Source of the DNA: Octopus vulgaris
Taxonomy: Eukaryota
Assembly (NCBI GenBank): GCA_951406725.2
Contig: OX597833.1
Coordinates: forward strand, 72,540,001-72,604,000
Direction: 5' to 3'
Length of the DNA: 64,000 nt
In this document: in pieces, positions 41,239-53,229 of the stretch
How positions within the stretch are numbered: position 1 is the stretch's first letter
Layout of the letters: every line of letters begins with the position of its first letter
Position numbers and translations under genes: made by a program
Notes under the pieces: generated by a model
The model's database searches: none
The model's input: only the letters and a program-made list of their open reading frames with translations
What the model was told of the DNA's origin: nothing

Positions 41239-41483
41239 AGGAGAGACAGAGAAAGAGAAAGAGAGAGAGAGAGAGAGAAAAGAAAAAAAAGGCAACGCTG
41301 CCACACGTCTACATTCACGAGCGCGCGCTTACTCACATGCAGAGAGAGGCACGAGCATACACACACACACAAACACAAATGCACACACCACAAATATATA
41401 CATACATACACAAACAGGTTTGGTTGATGCAAAGTGGAAAAATAGGACTCAGGACATGAGTTCTAGTTTCACCATACATTAAT

Positions 41484-41518
<35 letters not shown>

Positions 41519-41532
41519 CATATATACCTACA

Positions 41533-41560
41533 CTAGCCGAATTACCCGGTAATACCCGGA
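41533..41560 (-). mobile_element. Helitron-type 3' terminus; element interrupted by the SINE at 41564, 5' end not located
   Basis: Minus strand ccgg-gtatta-ccgg hairpin followed by gtaattcggCTAG|T. Confidence 0.55.
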
Positions 41561-41563
41561 AAA

Positions 41564-41797
41564 GCGGGCGAGCTGGCAGAACCGTTAGCACGCCGGGCGA
41601 AATGCGTCGCCGTATTTCGCCTGCCGCTACGTTCTGAGTTCAAATTCCGCCGAGGTCGACTTTGCCTTTCATCTTTTCGGTGTCGATTAAATAAGTACCA
41701 GTTACGCACTGGGGTCGATCTAATCGACTTAATCCCTTTGTCTGTCCTTGTTTGTCCCCTCTGTGTTTCGGCCCTTGTGGGTAGAAAAGAAATAGGT
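41564..41797 (+). mobile_element. Young, intact tRNA-headed SINE monomer
   Basis: ggcgagctggcagaaccgttagcacgccgggcgaaatgc...gagttcaaattccgccgaggtcgactttgcc...gtagaaaagaaatagg. Confidence 0.9.
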
Positions 41798-42609
41798 TAT
41801 TTTCAGTTTCCCTTCTCATTCCACTGTTTCATGTCCTGTCCCATTCCTTGTTCAGTTGCCGTTTAAATTAGAAATAGATTTACAAATACACGCTGACGTG
41901 GGATAGATTTACAAATAGTGGCAAGTAATACAGTTGAATATCATAAAACTGATTGATTGTAATGGTAAGGTAATATCATTCAAGTTGGCTTGGTGGATGG
42001 TTGGACGGATGAGAGGATTGACCATGGGCAACTATGGAAACGATTGATGGTTGATTATTATCAATTTTGCAGAGCCTTCCCTGTTGCTGTCACATTATGA
42101 AATTCTAAAATTATTTCAAAATTTTCAAATTTGGAATATTGCAATAATTTTCCCCGTTAGATCTGATTTTATTATTTATTTGTTCCAGAAAAAATTGCAG
42201 TAAAATGTTATTGCAGTTCAAAGTTTAATGAATTTTACCTAATCAGAAAACAGGAGACGGAAGCTGGCATTTTCTGCATGATAGCTGTCTATCACAAAAT
42301 GAAAACAAAATCATTAGGAGGAGGAATTTATTAAATAAACGAAAGCAAAGCATTACGACGACCAAAGTTTTAAGAACTTCTGAAGTTTTAATAAGTTTTA
42401 ATGAATAAAGTCACATGAAACGGTCGAAGAAAAACGGAAAAAGATCGTCAAGGAATTTCTTTTGCGAAAAATTGGCCAAATCTGTCCTGATCAAGAGGCC
42501 AATCCGTCGGTGAAGGTCTGACAAGAAACAAACAACGACGGGCAACGACATCTAAAGAAGAAAATGAAAGATATTATTTATAGTTTATTGTTTGAGTTCG
42601 TCGGTAAAG

Positions 42610-42780
42610 TTATGTGGTAAGAAGCTTGCTTCCCAACCACATGAATCCAGGTTCAGTCCTACTATGTGACACCTTGGTCAAGTGCCTTCTGCTATTGTCT
42701 CGGGCCGACCAAAGTCTGGTGAGTGCACTTTTGTTGACGGAAACTGAAAGAAGCCCGTCATATGTATACATGTATATCTA

Positions 42781-42811
<31 letters not shown>

Positions 42812-42860
42812 TTGTGTTTGTCCCTCACCATCGCTTGACAACAGCTGTTGGTATGTTTAT
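42610..42860 (+). mobile_element. CORE-type SINE (5' part), CpGs retained
   Basis: tgtggtaagaagcttgcttcccaaccac...ccttggtcaagtg...cgggccgacc...gacggaaactgaaagaagcccgtc. Confidence 0.75.
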
Positions 42861-42984
42861 ATATATATATATCTGTTGATTCACAAAGAATTTCAAACAG
42901 AACATAAGGATAAGAGTTTTTGCCAAACTTTCATTTCGTATTTCAAATACTTTACAATGTTGCCAGATGTAGTTCACCAAAAGT

Positions 42985-43494
42985 GCCTCTACTGGAAGAT
43001 CACCTAGAAAAGAGGTGTACGACCAAGGTACAGTGCTTTGCTGGCCAACAAACGGAAGCCAGCAATTCGCACCAAACGCCGAAGCCTATTGTCGAAGAAA
43101 GATTTGTTGTTGCATGACAATGCAGGCCCACACACGGCCCCTTCCCCAGACCGTTGAAACCATTAACCAATCGGGTTTTGAGGTGCTGGAACACCCTGCC
43201 TACAGCCCAGATCCGGCTCCCTTCTAACTATCATATCTTTGGACCGCTGAAAGATGGCTTACGAGGTCTTCGATTTCCTACGGATGAAAATGTGAAGGAA
43301 GTGGTGCATAAATGGTTGCACGACCAACCGGAAACCTTCTTCTTGGAAGGAAACGCAAGTTGGGGGCCGCTGGACCTGATGCGTCGGAAAGGAAGGAGAC
43401 TATATAGGGAAAAACCTACGGACTTGTTTATCCCCTGCTTTTATGTAAATACATTAAAAACACAAGAGTGCGTGTAATTTTTGACTCTCCCTCG
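42985..43494 (+). mobile_element. 3' half of a mariner element (transposase C-terminus and right TIR)
   Basis: LLLHDNAGPHT, GFEVLEHPAYSPDPAP and YHIFGPLKDGLRGLRF...VHKWL; ends ttttgactctccctcg|TA. Confidence 0.9.
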
Positions 43495-43552
43495 TATATA
43501 CATATGAATAAAGGAAAGGTAAAGACTGAAAGATTTTCAGATGATTTTCCTT

Positions 43553-43617
<65 letters not shown>

Positions 43618-45342
43618 CATAGATTCAAAGAATTAGAGGGTATGATGTTACAAGTCCTACAGCTGTTTCTAGGGGCTCGGAGTTACTTCACAATGTTGGC
43701 AGATGTAGTTCACCAAAAATGTGCAACCAGTAATGAAAGCAAACAAACATTGGTAAAACTCGTCCTCCTTCCTCAGGCTGGGATTTCAACGCGCTTCCAT
43801 TTCGATCGACTGAAGCACAATTCGTGAAATTTATGGTTGAGCATTCCACAGACATGTGTAGCCTTGATGGAATCTCCAGGTCAAATCAGCGTGACACGGA
43901 GGGAGACAACATTGAACCTTTGAATTATAATTATAATCCTGAACGAGAGAGGGAATGAGAGAGAAGATAGAGAGACAAAGAATAAATCAAAGAACTTGAC
44001 TGATATTATTACATTTAACAACCCCGAAACGATGGAAGGTGAATAATCTGGGCGGAGTTTGAACTCAGAACGTCGAGAGTGTGAACGAGTTCCGCAAGGA
44101 ATTCTTTGGTACGACGCTTTAACGATTCTGTCATATCGCTGTCATTACACAAAATACAATCAACATCAAGTTAACCGTAAAGATGAAACAAAAGCTCGCT
44201 AGAAATATCACTCAGACATGTAGGCGAATACGTACACACACACACGCACACATACGCACGCACACATACGCACGCACACATACGCACGCACACATACGCA
44301 CACACGTAGCAGAAGCGGTTACATCAGCCTTTTGTACAGGAAAACTGATTGAAGCATTCTCCACCAATTACAAGACACGCTCTCTTATAATCATGAAAGG
44401 AATTGATAACATTTGTACATTTGTAAGGACAATAAATTACATAATACACCCTGGTTAACTGAATCAAAGATCTTAATGAGATCAACGAAGCAATGATGGA
44501 GGTGAAAGTCTCTGATCAATACATTTTCGTTTTGTAATTGATAAGTTGAATGTATCAAGTCATTATTTCTTCGTGCAGGGTAAAAATCTGAGTCTCGAGA
44601 AGAAGAGATAAACCAACCTGTTGAACAATGCTGCCCAAAATCTTCTCTACAGCACTGAAGAAATGTCACAATACGAGTGGAAGCTAGCTTTTAGCAGTTT
44701 GTGAGAGGTTCTAGCAGAGGAACTCTCTTGTGACGTTGCACATTGAAGCAGGGAGGTTGCATAGTTCTATGGATGATGGAATATTCCAGGGTGTTTACTC
44801 GATAGAGAGTAATGTTCCAAAGAAAGGCTCCTTCCAATATTATATCAAGAGAGAAAGTCTGCTTTGAATATGATCTGAAAAGTTAAAGGAGAGACTGATG
44901 GGAGGTGTGTGTGTGTGTGTGTGGGAAAACGCTTACATCGACCCCATTTCTTAACTGGTACTTTATTTTTATCGCCCCCGAATCGATAAAAGGCAAAGTC
45001 GACCTCGGCGGGATTTGAATTCAAAACATAAAGAGCCGGAAAAAAACACTGCTAAGCATTTTGGCCTCTCTTACAACTCAGCCAGCTCCGCCCAACCTAA
45101 TGATGATTTCTAATTGAAGCACGAGACAGGAAACCTTTTAGAGGCCGGGTGGTGGGGTGGAGACATGTCATTTCCGTCGACTTGATCGGTACTCTATTTT
45201 ATCGACGACCACAGAGGGATGAAAGGCAAGGTTGACCACAGCCGGATTTAAAATAAATAAATATTTAATGTAAATAATAATAGATGTCAGTTCTAGCATC
45301 TTTCATAGTAGCAGCGCAGCGACGGTATTCTGTTAGGCGTGA

Positions 45343-45946
45343 AGGCGGCGAGGAGCTGGCAGAATCGTTAGCACGCCCCCCCGAAATGCTTAGCGGTGTT
45401 TCGTCTGCCGTTACGTTCTGAGTTCAAATTCCGCCGTGGTCGACTTTGCCTTTCATCCTTTCGGGGTCGATAAATTAAGTACCAGTTACGCACTGGGGTC
45501 GATGTAATCGACTTAATCCGTTTGTCTGTCCTTGTTTGTCCTCTCTGTGTTTAGCCCCTTGTGGGTAGTAAAGAAATAGGTATTTCGTCTGCCGCTACGT
45601 TCTGAGTTCTAATTCCGCCGTGGTCGACTTTGCCTTTCATCCTTTCGGGGTCGATTAAATAGGTACCAGTTACGAACTGGAGTCGATATAATCGACTTAA
45701 TCCGTTTGTCTGACCTTGTTTGTCCTCTCTGTTTAGCCCCTTGTGGGTAGTAAAGAAATAGGTATTTCTGAGTTAAAAGGTATTTCTGAGTTCAAATTCC
45801 GCCGAGGTCGACTTTGTCTTTCATCCTTTCGGGGTCAATTAAACAAGTACTAGTTACGCACTGGGGTCAATATAATCGACTTAATCCGTGTGTCTGTCCT
45901 TGTTTGTTCCCTCTGTGTGCAGCCCCTTATGGGCAGTAAAGAAACA
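45343..45946 (+). mobile_element. Head-to-tail SINE multimer (one full unit, two headless units and an 18-nt stub) flanked by a 19-bp direct repeat
   Basis: Units at 45343-45578, 45579-45760 and 45779-45946; ggtattctgttaggcgtga at both 45324-45342 and 45947-45965. Confidence 0.9.
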
Positions 45947-46283
45947 GGTATTCTGTTAGGCGTGAGAGTGCTTAATTAATTAAATGAGATCAAAGAGGGC
46001 AGGTGACATTTATGTAGGTAGACATATAGGTGTGTTGATAAATGTGTAATTGGCAAACGAAATCAGACTTAGGCAGCAAGTTCATGCAGAAACAATAAGG
46101 CAGATAAGAAGGAAAGTGGGTGCACACATGTACGCACCCACACATGTGTGCATGCACACGCTTACATGTGTGAAGACCAGCAAACCGCCCCTCCCTACCA
46201 AAATAAATAAAACTGAAAATATTTTTTGCTAATTTGAAACCGGGCATAAACATTTGATAAACATACACACACATGTATGTATG

Positions 46284-46333
<50 letters not shown>

Positions 46334-46353
46334 TTCACAAACCAACTTTCTCA

Positions 46354-46395
<42 letters not shown>

Positions 46396-46433
46396 TACAT
46401 ACATCTACTCACTTATCTATCCACACACACACA

Positions 46434-46488
<55 letters not shown>

Positions 46489-46496
46489 AATATACA

Positions 46497-47380
46497 CTAG
46501 TCTACCCGTGACCCGTTGGGTCACCGGGAAACTCAGTTTCCCAGCAACGGAGTTTTGCTTCGTGGATTTTTTCTTTTCTAGGTTATTTCGCATGCTTTCT
46601 ACAAATGTGACATCGAAATCATGCGCAAACGGCTCCTTTCCCTCAGAAAAGGAAAGATTTGGCTGCTATTTCTTGCACGCCCTGCTATCACGTAACAGGT
46701 ATTTCGGATCCTTTATCGCAAATAGCTGTTACGTGGTAGTAGGGCGTGTTAGAAATAGCAGCCAAATCTTTGGAGGTGAGATACGTTGAATGCACTCGAA
46801 AAAACACTATGTTACGAACAGGTCTTTTACGAAATATTTACCGTATTCTAAAGTAATTTTCACTTTTAAATATTTTTTGAATATGCTAAAAAATTTTTTG
46901 TAAAGGTATTCACTTGAAAATAATTAAAAAACATTAAAATATTGTCTGTATAAAGAAAGCTAAAACATAAATACTTACTGTACAAACAACTTACATTTTT
47001 GAAATCACATTCACTTAAAAATATCATATTTTAAATATTAAAATAAAAATGATTAAAATATTGTGCTTAACAAAATAGAAAATAGAAACATCATATTTTT
47101 TCGTTGTCAAGTCAGTGTGTCTAATCGAAAGATAAGAGTTTCTTCCCTTTCAGGATTAAGATTATTTTCGGAATATTTTCCCATTATGCACTGTTTTGGG
47201 TATTTATGCCCCGAAAACCTCTAATATCATAAAAACCATTGTTCGAATTACCCGTAACTTGTTTTATTCCGTTCCTATTAACATTTCAGGGTAAACTTAA
47301 TATTTTCCCATTCTGTGCTAGTTTGGCTGAGTAACATTGCAAGCAAGCAAGATTCAAACTGACTTTTAATGTATTATAGA
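46497..47380 (-). mobile_element. Non-autonomous Helitron, 884 bp, both termini intact
   Basis: Minus strand starts A|TCtataatac and ends with the hairpin gtgaccc-aac-gggtcac followed by CTAG|T; inserted at an AT site with no TSD. Confidence 0.8.
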
Positions 47381-47441
47381 TACACATATATCTATACATT
47401 ATATATATATATATATATATATATATGCATTATATATATAC

Positions 47442-47492
<51 letters not shown>

Positions 47493-48651
47493 CATATTTA
47501 TAATGAGTTAAATATATATAATAAATGCATGAACAACAGGAAACAAACACAGATGGTCGCCAACTCTTCATTAGTTATCAGACAGGGGGGGGGGGTCAAT
47601 CGCAATGTCGCGCCTAACTTATCTTATCTGAATATATTAAGCCACGGTTTACCCTTTAAATTACCAGCTACTTTTAACCTTACAGCAAGGCCTATTCATA
47701 GTTAGGTAATACACGGTGCTTATTTCTGGTTTCGTATTAATAAGCAGTGGAGATTATCTGCCCAGGGAGAAGGTGCTAGTCTACCGAACATAGCATTCAC
47801 AAAAGGTATGGGGTCCAACTTCTATCAGATGGATTGGGATCCGATGTTTCGTGCAGAGTTACAACAAAAACCATTCGGTAGACTTGAAACGAAGAACTGT
47901 CGGTTAGTCACTGTGATTCTTTAGCTTCAGGTGTCAGCTCCGATATCGACTAAACCTATGATCAAAGACGCTCTAGCTGTGACCATCTCATCATCCACCA
48001 TCTTTATCTGAGACTACAATGCCCAATGCTTCCATTAAGATGGTAGAGTATAATTTGAGAAATTTGGCTGCCATTTCAAGCAAGTCGAAGGAATATGTAG
48101 AAATTGCATTCTGTATCTAATCGCTATTTAGATTTTTGATTGAGTTAGTGATTGATTGATTGATCGATTGATCGATCGATCGATAAATAGATGGGGATTT
48201 GAAATGCGTTCAGGTCTCCAATTAGTCAGTCAGTTGCTGGTTGGCTGGTTGGTTGGTTGGTTGGTTGGTTGTAAGGGACGGAAGGTAAGAAAGTAGGAAG
48301 ATGAGAGGGAGATGGAAGGCAACATGTCACTTGACAAAGGAAGACGAAGCAGAATTACAAGCAAAAGGGAGAAGTGGCGAATCAGGGGGAGGTAAGCAGG
48401 GAGGGAAAACGAACAAGAAAAGAAAGTGTAAGGAGAGGAAGAGAGTGAGAGAAAATGGTAGTAAGAGGAATATATATAATGATAGGATGAAGAGAGGAGC
48501 AACAGGAGGGGAGAGAGGGGGAGAGGGAGAGAGAGGGGGAATTACGAAGTGAGTATATTTTCAACAGTAACAATTAAAGAGGATCAAAAGTCGAAATGAT
48601 AAAGGATGAAGAGCAGAAAGAGAGAGAAGATGGATAATAGAAAGTCTACCG

Positions 48652-48800
48652 GAAGAAGAGAGGATGAAGAAGAGAAAGATTGAAGAAGAGAGGATGAAGA
48701 AGAGAGGATGAAGAAGAGAGTATGAAGAAGAGAGGATGAAGAAGAGAGGATGAAGAAGAGAGTATGAAGAAGAGAGGATGAAGAAGAGAAAGATTGAAGA
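48652..48800. repeat. 14-bp purine-rich minisatellite (GAAGAAGAGAGGAT), about 10 copies
   Basis: Read directly. Confidence 0.9.
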
Positions 48801-49088
48801 TTAATTGTATTGGAAGTTCAGAAGATGAGGAGAAGGGAATGTATTGAGGATGAAGCTAATGAAGACAACTGGATCAACAGAGAGTGGTGCTCCAGCATGG
48901 CAGTGGATGGGGTTAAAGAACAGAAGAAAGTCCAGAAATTGTGAAAAGTAAATAAAAGTAAATAAAAGAAACAAAACAAAACAAAAACAGAAAGGATATA
49001 CAGAAAAGGAAAGGAGGAAAGAAGATGGAGAGAAGAAGAGGAAGTGTTATGAAATAGCGGATGGAAAAGGTGAAGAGGAGGAAAAAAG

Positions 49089-49131
<43 letters not shown>

Positions 49132-51019
49132 TATATATATATAAAAGATGGATAGAAGTGGAGGAGAAAGAAAGAATATGATAAAAAAAATATGATGAGT
49201 AGAAGAGAAGAAATGGAGAAAGAGAGCCAGAAGTTAATAAAGACGAGAGAGAAAGAGAGAGAGAGAGAGAGAGGGAAGGAGGAGGAGGAGAGAAAGTAGA
49301 GAATTATAAGAAAGAAGGAAAGAAAAAAAGTAAAAGTCGTCGGAGATGAAGAAGAGAGAAGAAAGAAATAAGAGACGACGAAGTGCACAGGTTTTATCAG
49401 AAGTTATACAAGGAAATATGCAAGAGCAGAAGTAATGGTGGTGGCGGTGGTGGTGGTGGTGGTGGTGGAGTTTCTGGTACGTTGGAAGTAGGTGTTGTGG
49501 GTAGATGTGTGTGGGCGGTGTGTGAAGCTGGTGAATGTTATTAAAATGTTATTTAAAAAGAAGGGGAAAAAAATAGGTAAACAGCAGCCATGATGTCTGA
49601 TAGAGAGGTTTGTGTGTGTGTGTGTGTGTGTGTGCGAGAAAGAGAGAGAGAGGGAGAGAGAGAGAAGGTGAGAGAGAGAGAGAGAGAGAGAGAGAAAGAT
49701 GTGTATGTTAGTGTCTGTATCTTTGTGCTAAAGAAATATGTTGATTGATGGAAGTGTCTGTCCATGTGTAAGGATGTGTGTGTGTGTATTTGTTAAGGTT
49801 TGCGTCAGTGTACGTAATTACATTATGTAAGACTCAGTAGGAGAGCGTACACGTATCTGTGTGTGTGTGTGTGTGCGCATAAGGTGTGCTTATAAACACG
49901 AGCATTTATATAAGTCTAAAGACAGGCACGGTAAATTATGATAATAATGATAATTCTTTCTCCTTTCGGCACAAGGCCTGACATTTTGAGGATGGAGGAC
50001 AAGTTGACATGGACCTAAATACTTGACTGGTGTTTTACTTGATCGACACTGAAAAGAAAAGTTGACCTCGGCAACATTCGAACTCAGAACACGAAGTGCC
50101 GCTAAGCATTTGTCTGCCAACTCGTCACAATGCTATACCGGTTCCATCCAGTTTGATCAGAGGAAGAAGCTGAACATCTCACAGACATCTGAACCTCAGC
50201 ATAACAAACTCAGACTGATGCTGGTTCACACATTCACACTCAGCATCACTCGGATCAACTCAAGACGCTGACCGAAGATACTCGTTCAAAGATCTGCGTA
50301 GTGGGATCGAAGCCGGAATATCGTGTTCGAGAGGCGAACTTCTTACATATTTACCCTTTCTACACACATATATATGTATATGTATATAGGAGCCGGTACT
50401 ACATAAGAAGAGTGGTCCCGGTGCGCGCACTGGCGTACTCGCGCATCCGCACTAGCTAGTCGTGGCTAGTCGATCCTTACTTTGTGTTTTTGTGTTTTAT
50501 TTACTTTAAAAAATTGTTTGTTTTTTTAAACTCCAACTTTTCAGTTTGGAAAAGAGATCCAACTCTTGCACAAAGGAAAAAAAAAAAAGCCGACAGACCT
50601 TCTTAAAAAAACCCCCAAAGAACTTTCGACTATTCTGTAACATTCTAAGCAGAACATTCTTTGTTTTTCTTGTTATAATATCGATCATGTCTGATATAAT
50701 CTTATTTCAATAATAAATAAATTTTTTGCAAATATTTCGTACAGACATCTATTCATCATATTTCGTTTAAATTTTAAACAGTTTTACAAAAATGAATGTC
50801 TTTGCTGGGATTCGAAAAAGAGCCGAACAATGAGCTGTTGTCAGCGAGCAGCAAGAGGACTGATGATGCGCCAAAGTCCAAAATAGTTTCATTATAGAAG
50901 TTCTTGTTTCTATGAAAATTTAGTACAGGGGTCACCAGTCCTGGCAAATATATGAAAGGGGGGAATCGCTTGGTAGGATTGTAGAAGAAAATAGGCGCAA
51001 AATTAGCTTTAATCTTATA

Positions 51020-51365
51020 TTTTATCTCTTACTTGTTTCAATCATAGAACTGCGGCCGTGCTGGGGCACTGCCTTGAATAGACACCAGTCTATTAAACGT
51101 GGTACCTGTTCTATCGGACTCTTTTGCCGAACTATTAAGTTACAGGGACGTAAACCAACCAACTCCAGTGGTCAAGCTGTGAGGGGGAGAACAAACAGAC
51201 ATAAAGACATACACAAAAATGATGGGCTTTCACAGTTTCCTTCTGCCAAATTCATTCACGGGACATTGGTTCACCTGGATCTACAGTAGAAGATCTTATT
51301 TAAGGTGTTGCGCAGAGGGATTGAACCCGAAACCATGTTTCTTAATCCACACAGCCAAGCCGGCA
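51020..51365 (-). mobile_element. CORE-type SINE, near full length
   Basis: Reverse complement of the 9960-10340 family, from head to tail. Confidence 0.7.
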
Positions 51366-51707
51366 CTCGATTGAAATAATTTCTTTATTCTATTATAATT
51401 TTTTGTTTGTTTTTTGTTTTGTTTTTCGGTTGAGATAGAAGATCTTCGGTTCGGTGAGCCCCAAAAAGGTGAGGGCCAGTGCCCCCGTGCACTTGTACAA
51501 AACCCGAACGAATCGACCAAACAAACAACATCAGATCTACAAACCATACACAGCTAATTAATTAACATTAATCATTTCGCACAAATAGAATAAATTAAAA
51601 ATTCTTTAGCTTTTGCACTTCTTAGATATAAAACATATTGGAGATGGAGGAAAGTAAAAATAATTGCCCCAATTAGTTTTAATTTTCTATAAATTGCTTT
51701 GTTTTAA

Positions 51708-51806
<99 letters not shown>

Positions 51807-53032
51807 CATGTATATATGTATGTGCGTGTGACTTTAGGTAGTTTACTCAGATAAAACCAACAACCTATTTCTAATAATAAAGACCATTATTATTACTATT
51901 AATAAGTCCAGAGAGTCAAGCAATGTAGAGAATACACTACAGTGTTTGATAAAGTGTAACACTTTCAATGTTCCACCGCTGAAAACATTTTCTTCTATTT
52001 CATCTCCAGTTATTTTTGTCTTGTAATAATATCCAACCCAACGATTTTCAACTATTTTTTTTTTATTCATTGCACACTTAATAAAGCGTCGAAAGAGTTC
52101 TGGTACATCATCAGCTATTTAAACTTATATATCCTATATATACAGTTCAAATGTACAAAAACAGAAGACAGAGATAGGTGGGGCAATCAACAAACAAGGT
52201 GTTTGACGCTCAGGCGTCCATCCCGACCTTTCAGTTTTATAAACGTGTTAGACTTTCCACATATATCATTTCTTCGTTTTTAAGAGGTGAAAGCTTGTGT
52301 AGGACCATTCACACTTTTTGGAAATGCTGATATTAGAAAGTTGGTGCCAATGTTTACTCCAAACCTAATGAACAACAAACCTGTGGATCTTCTGTTGAAT
52401 TTCTCCATCTCTGGGTTATTTGCCTTCACCAGAGCTTGGAGTCGAACTCATCACCCCGGTTGGCTAAATCTGCACCTGGATAGCAAACCAGAAATGTCTA
52501 AGTCCTCATACATCGATATATCATGTAATTCGATGGCTCTTGACTCTTTGAACTCTTCATATATACAGGAACAGTAGGTGCAGTCATAGTTCAGTGGTTA
52601 AGAGGTTTCAAGTTCGATCCGACTGTGTAGAACCTTGGGCAAATGTCGTTGCCTCTATCTTTTCTATAATTGGGTGGAAATTGTATAGCGGTTAGTTGGG
52701 TGGATGCTACCCATAATTCAAACTGTTTAGCCTCATCACAGAGTGTGCCGTACTGATTCTGCCGGAGAATGTCTGTGGAAACCTTTGTCAGCTGGGCGTT
52801 AAAACAGGAGCAGATAATCCAGTCAATCGAACGACTGAATCCTCATCATCGGACGACGGAGATCCTTCCCCACCTCCCCCATCACATAAACGAACACCAC
52901 CCCTCCTCCACGCCCCACCACCATATATGAAGAAACAAAAAATAGATATGAAAAATTGTTTTAAAATAGTGATGTGTATGAGGTGGTGGCAAACATCCCA
53001 TTTTGCTACAGACGAAACACATTAATCGGGGG

Positions 53033-53075
<43 letters not shown>

Positions 53076-53076
<1 letters not shown>

Positions 53077-53229
53077 TTTATTTAAAGCAGTAGAAAATTC
53101 TACAAAACCTGTTACTCTGAGTTTCCGTTGCCGTTCATCGGACAGTTTTAAGCAAAAACTGTCCGATGAACGGCAACGTGAAACTCAGAGTAACAGGTTT
53201 TGTAGAATTTTCTGCTGCTTTAAATAAAG
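53076..53229. repeat. Near-perfect fold-back palindrome (74/75-bp arms, 5-nt loop), probably an inverted Penelope-type terminus
   Basis: 53076-53149 is the reverse complement of 53155-53229 apart from one substitution and one 1-nt indel. The right arm continues as unique sequence to about 53302, and the whole unit sits in (TA)n. Confidence 0.92.
53159..53196 (+). ncRNA. Minimal type I hammerhead ribozyme (U4C core variant); mirror copy on the minus strand at about 53109-53145
   Basis: ctgt-CCGATGA-acg-GCAA-cgt-GAAA-ct-cag-ag-TA-acag: stem I ctgt/acag, stem II closed by a GNRA loop, short stem III, GUA cleavage triplet ending at 53192. Confidence 0.7.

Noticed and set aside
45343-45946. Repeated units that could be mistaken for a CRISPR array or tRNA cluster
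   Set aside because: The units are about 170-240-bp SINE bodies with no unique spacers. The head has A/B boxes but no complete cloverleaf, and the context is eukaryotic.
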